A stretch of DNA of 41,764 nucleotides, taken from NCBI GenBank assembly GCA_964499175.1, contig CAZCIQ010000002.1:1-41764 (forward strand). Direction: 5' to 3'. Positions 41,113 to 41,764 of the stretch are shown in pieces. The notes under the pieces were generated by a model. That model was not told the DNA's origin. It saw only the letters and a program-made list of their open reading frames with translations, and ran no database searches. The stretch is from an uncultured Candidatus Saccharibacteria bacterium. GTDB taxonomy: Bacteria > Patescibacteriota > Minisyncoccia > CAZCIQ01. Positions within the stretch are counted from its first letter, which is position 1. Every line of letters starts with the position of its first letter. Position numbers and translations under genes: made by a program.

Positions 41113-41764
41113 TTACAAAATATTTTTTAAACTTTCAATGTGTTTTATTAACATTGCGCAATAACCCCATTCATTATCATACCATGAAAGAATTTTTACT
41201 AAATCGTGATCTATAACACGGGTAAAAGCGAGGTCGGCTATAGAACCGTACGGCTCGCCTAAAATGTCGGTTGAAACAAGCGGCTCGCGCGACACCTTAA
41301 AAATTCCCTGCCACTCGGGTTTTGCGGCGGCTTCCGTTAAAATATTATTTATTTCTTCCGCAGAAGTTTCGCGCGCGGCTAAAAAAGTAAAATCAATTAA
41401 AGAGCCGGAAATAACCGGCACGCGCATAGCCACGCCGTCAAAAATATTTTTCATTTCCGGTATCGCTTGAAAAACAGCTTCTGCGGCGCCGGTCGAAGAT
41501 GGGATTATGTTTTGCGCTCCGGCTCTTCCCCGTCTAAAATCTTTCGCGTCCGGTAAGTCAACCAAGCCTTGCGTGGCGGTATATCCGTGCACGGTGTTTA
41601 AAACCGCTTTTTTTATTCCGGGATTTTTCATCATAATCGCGGCAATCGGAGTCGTGGCGTTTGTGGTGCAGGACGCGTTTGAACTAATTTGGGAATCGGC
41701 TAAAAAATCAATTCCGACATTCGGGGTCGCGGTCTTAGTTTTTTCATCTTTTGCCGGCGCGGTT
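41113..41764 (-). CDS. gap: Glyceraldehyde-3-phosphate dehydrogenase (N-terminus beyond the window end)
   Basis: The frame stays open upstream of the track Met to the window edge. My hand translation gives ..APAKD..NASCTTNATTPIAA.. (catalytic Cys), then TVHGYTATQ and WYDNEWGY. Confidence 0.9.
   Translation of the reverse strand, partial: TAPAKDEKTKTATPNVGIDFLADSQISSNASCTTNATTPIAAIMMKNPGIKKAVLNTVHGYTATQGLVDLPDAKDFRRGRAGAQNIIPSSTGAAEAVFQAIPEMKNIFDGVAMRVPVISGSLIDFTFLAARETSAEEINNILTEAAAKPEWQGIFKVSREPLVSTDILGEPYGSIADLAFTRVIDHDLVKILSWYDNEWGYCAMLIKHIESLKNIL

Noticed and set aside
1-41764. Alternative genetic code (UGA recoding, as in some candidate phyla)
   Set aside because: Long conserved genes (gyrA, leuS, glmS, the ATPase) read through intact under the standard code. 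At least one well-supported gene (DoxX-like, 2060-2062) ends in TGA.

Overview
This is a 41.8-kb, AT-rich bacterial fragment that reads cleanly in the standard genetic code. Streamlined housekeeping genes (gyrA, lexA, murC, comM/yifB, leuS, glmS, scpA, gap, rpiB, a class IV aminotransferase, a 2-hydroxyacid dehydrogenase and a P-type ATPase) alternate with two very large secreted surface proteins, many tiny membrane ORFans and two tRNAs. I infer, without a database search, that this style fits a Patescibacteria/CPR (Parcubacteria-like) genome. I found no rRNA, CRISPR array, transposase, integrase or reverse transcriptase. Leads, roughly in order of interest:
1. gyrA is split by a 392-aa HNH-type intein at a G|SIDGD junction, which is not the classical post-tyrosine gyrA intein site.
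2. lexA is followed 24 nt later by a DpnI-family methyl-directed restriction enzyme and then an extra-AT-rich block of ORFans, a candidate accessory or defence islet.
3. The last 18 nt of tRNA-Arg(CCG), plus the next base, recur as a perfect 19-bp direct repeat around a 149-bp GC-rich, ORF-less insert.
4. leuS carries three in-frame tracts of 7-nt tandem repeats, translated as ISNFQF-like peptides. Similar heptamer tracts lie at the start of the 1493-aa surface protein gene.
5. A MITE-like family of GC-rich palindromic elements has two clear copies, and several families of short GC-rich perfect palindromes occur, some in divergent promoter regions.
6. A stand-alone cupredoxin has exact CuA ligand spacing but Gln in place of Met.
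7. A 1493-aa protein fuses a Zn-phospholipase C domain, a lamin-tail domain and a beta-helix.
8. Two paralogous tandem-repeat coiled-coil proteins are present, one wedged between gap and rpiB.
All calls come from reading the sequence and the ORF track by eye. I ran no searches or folding programs.
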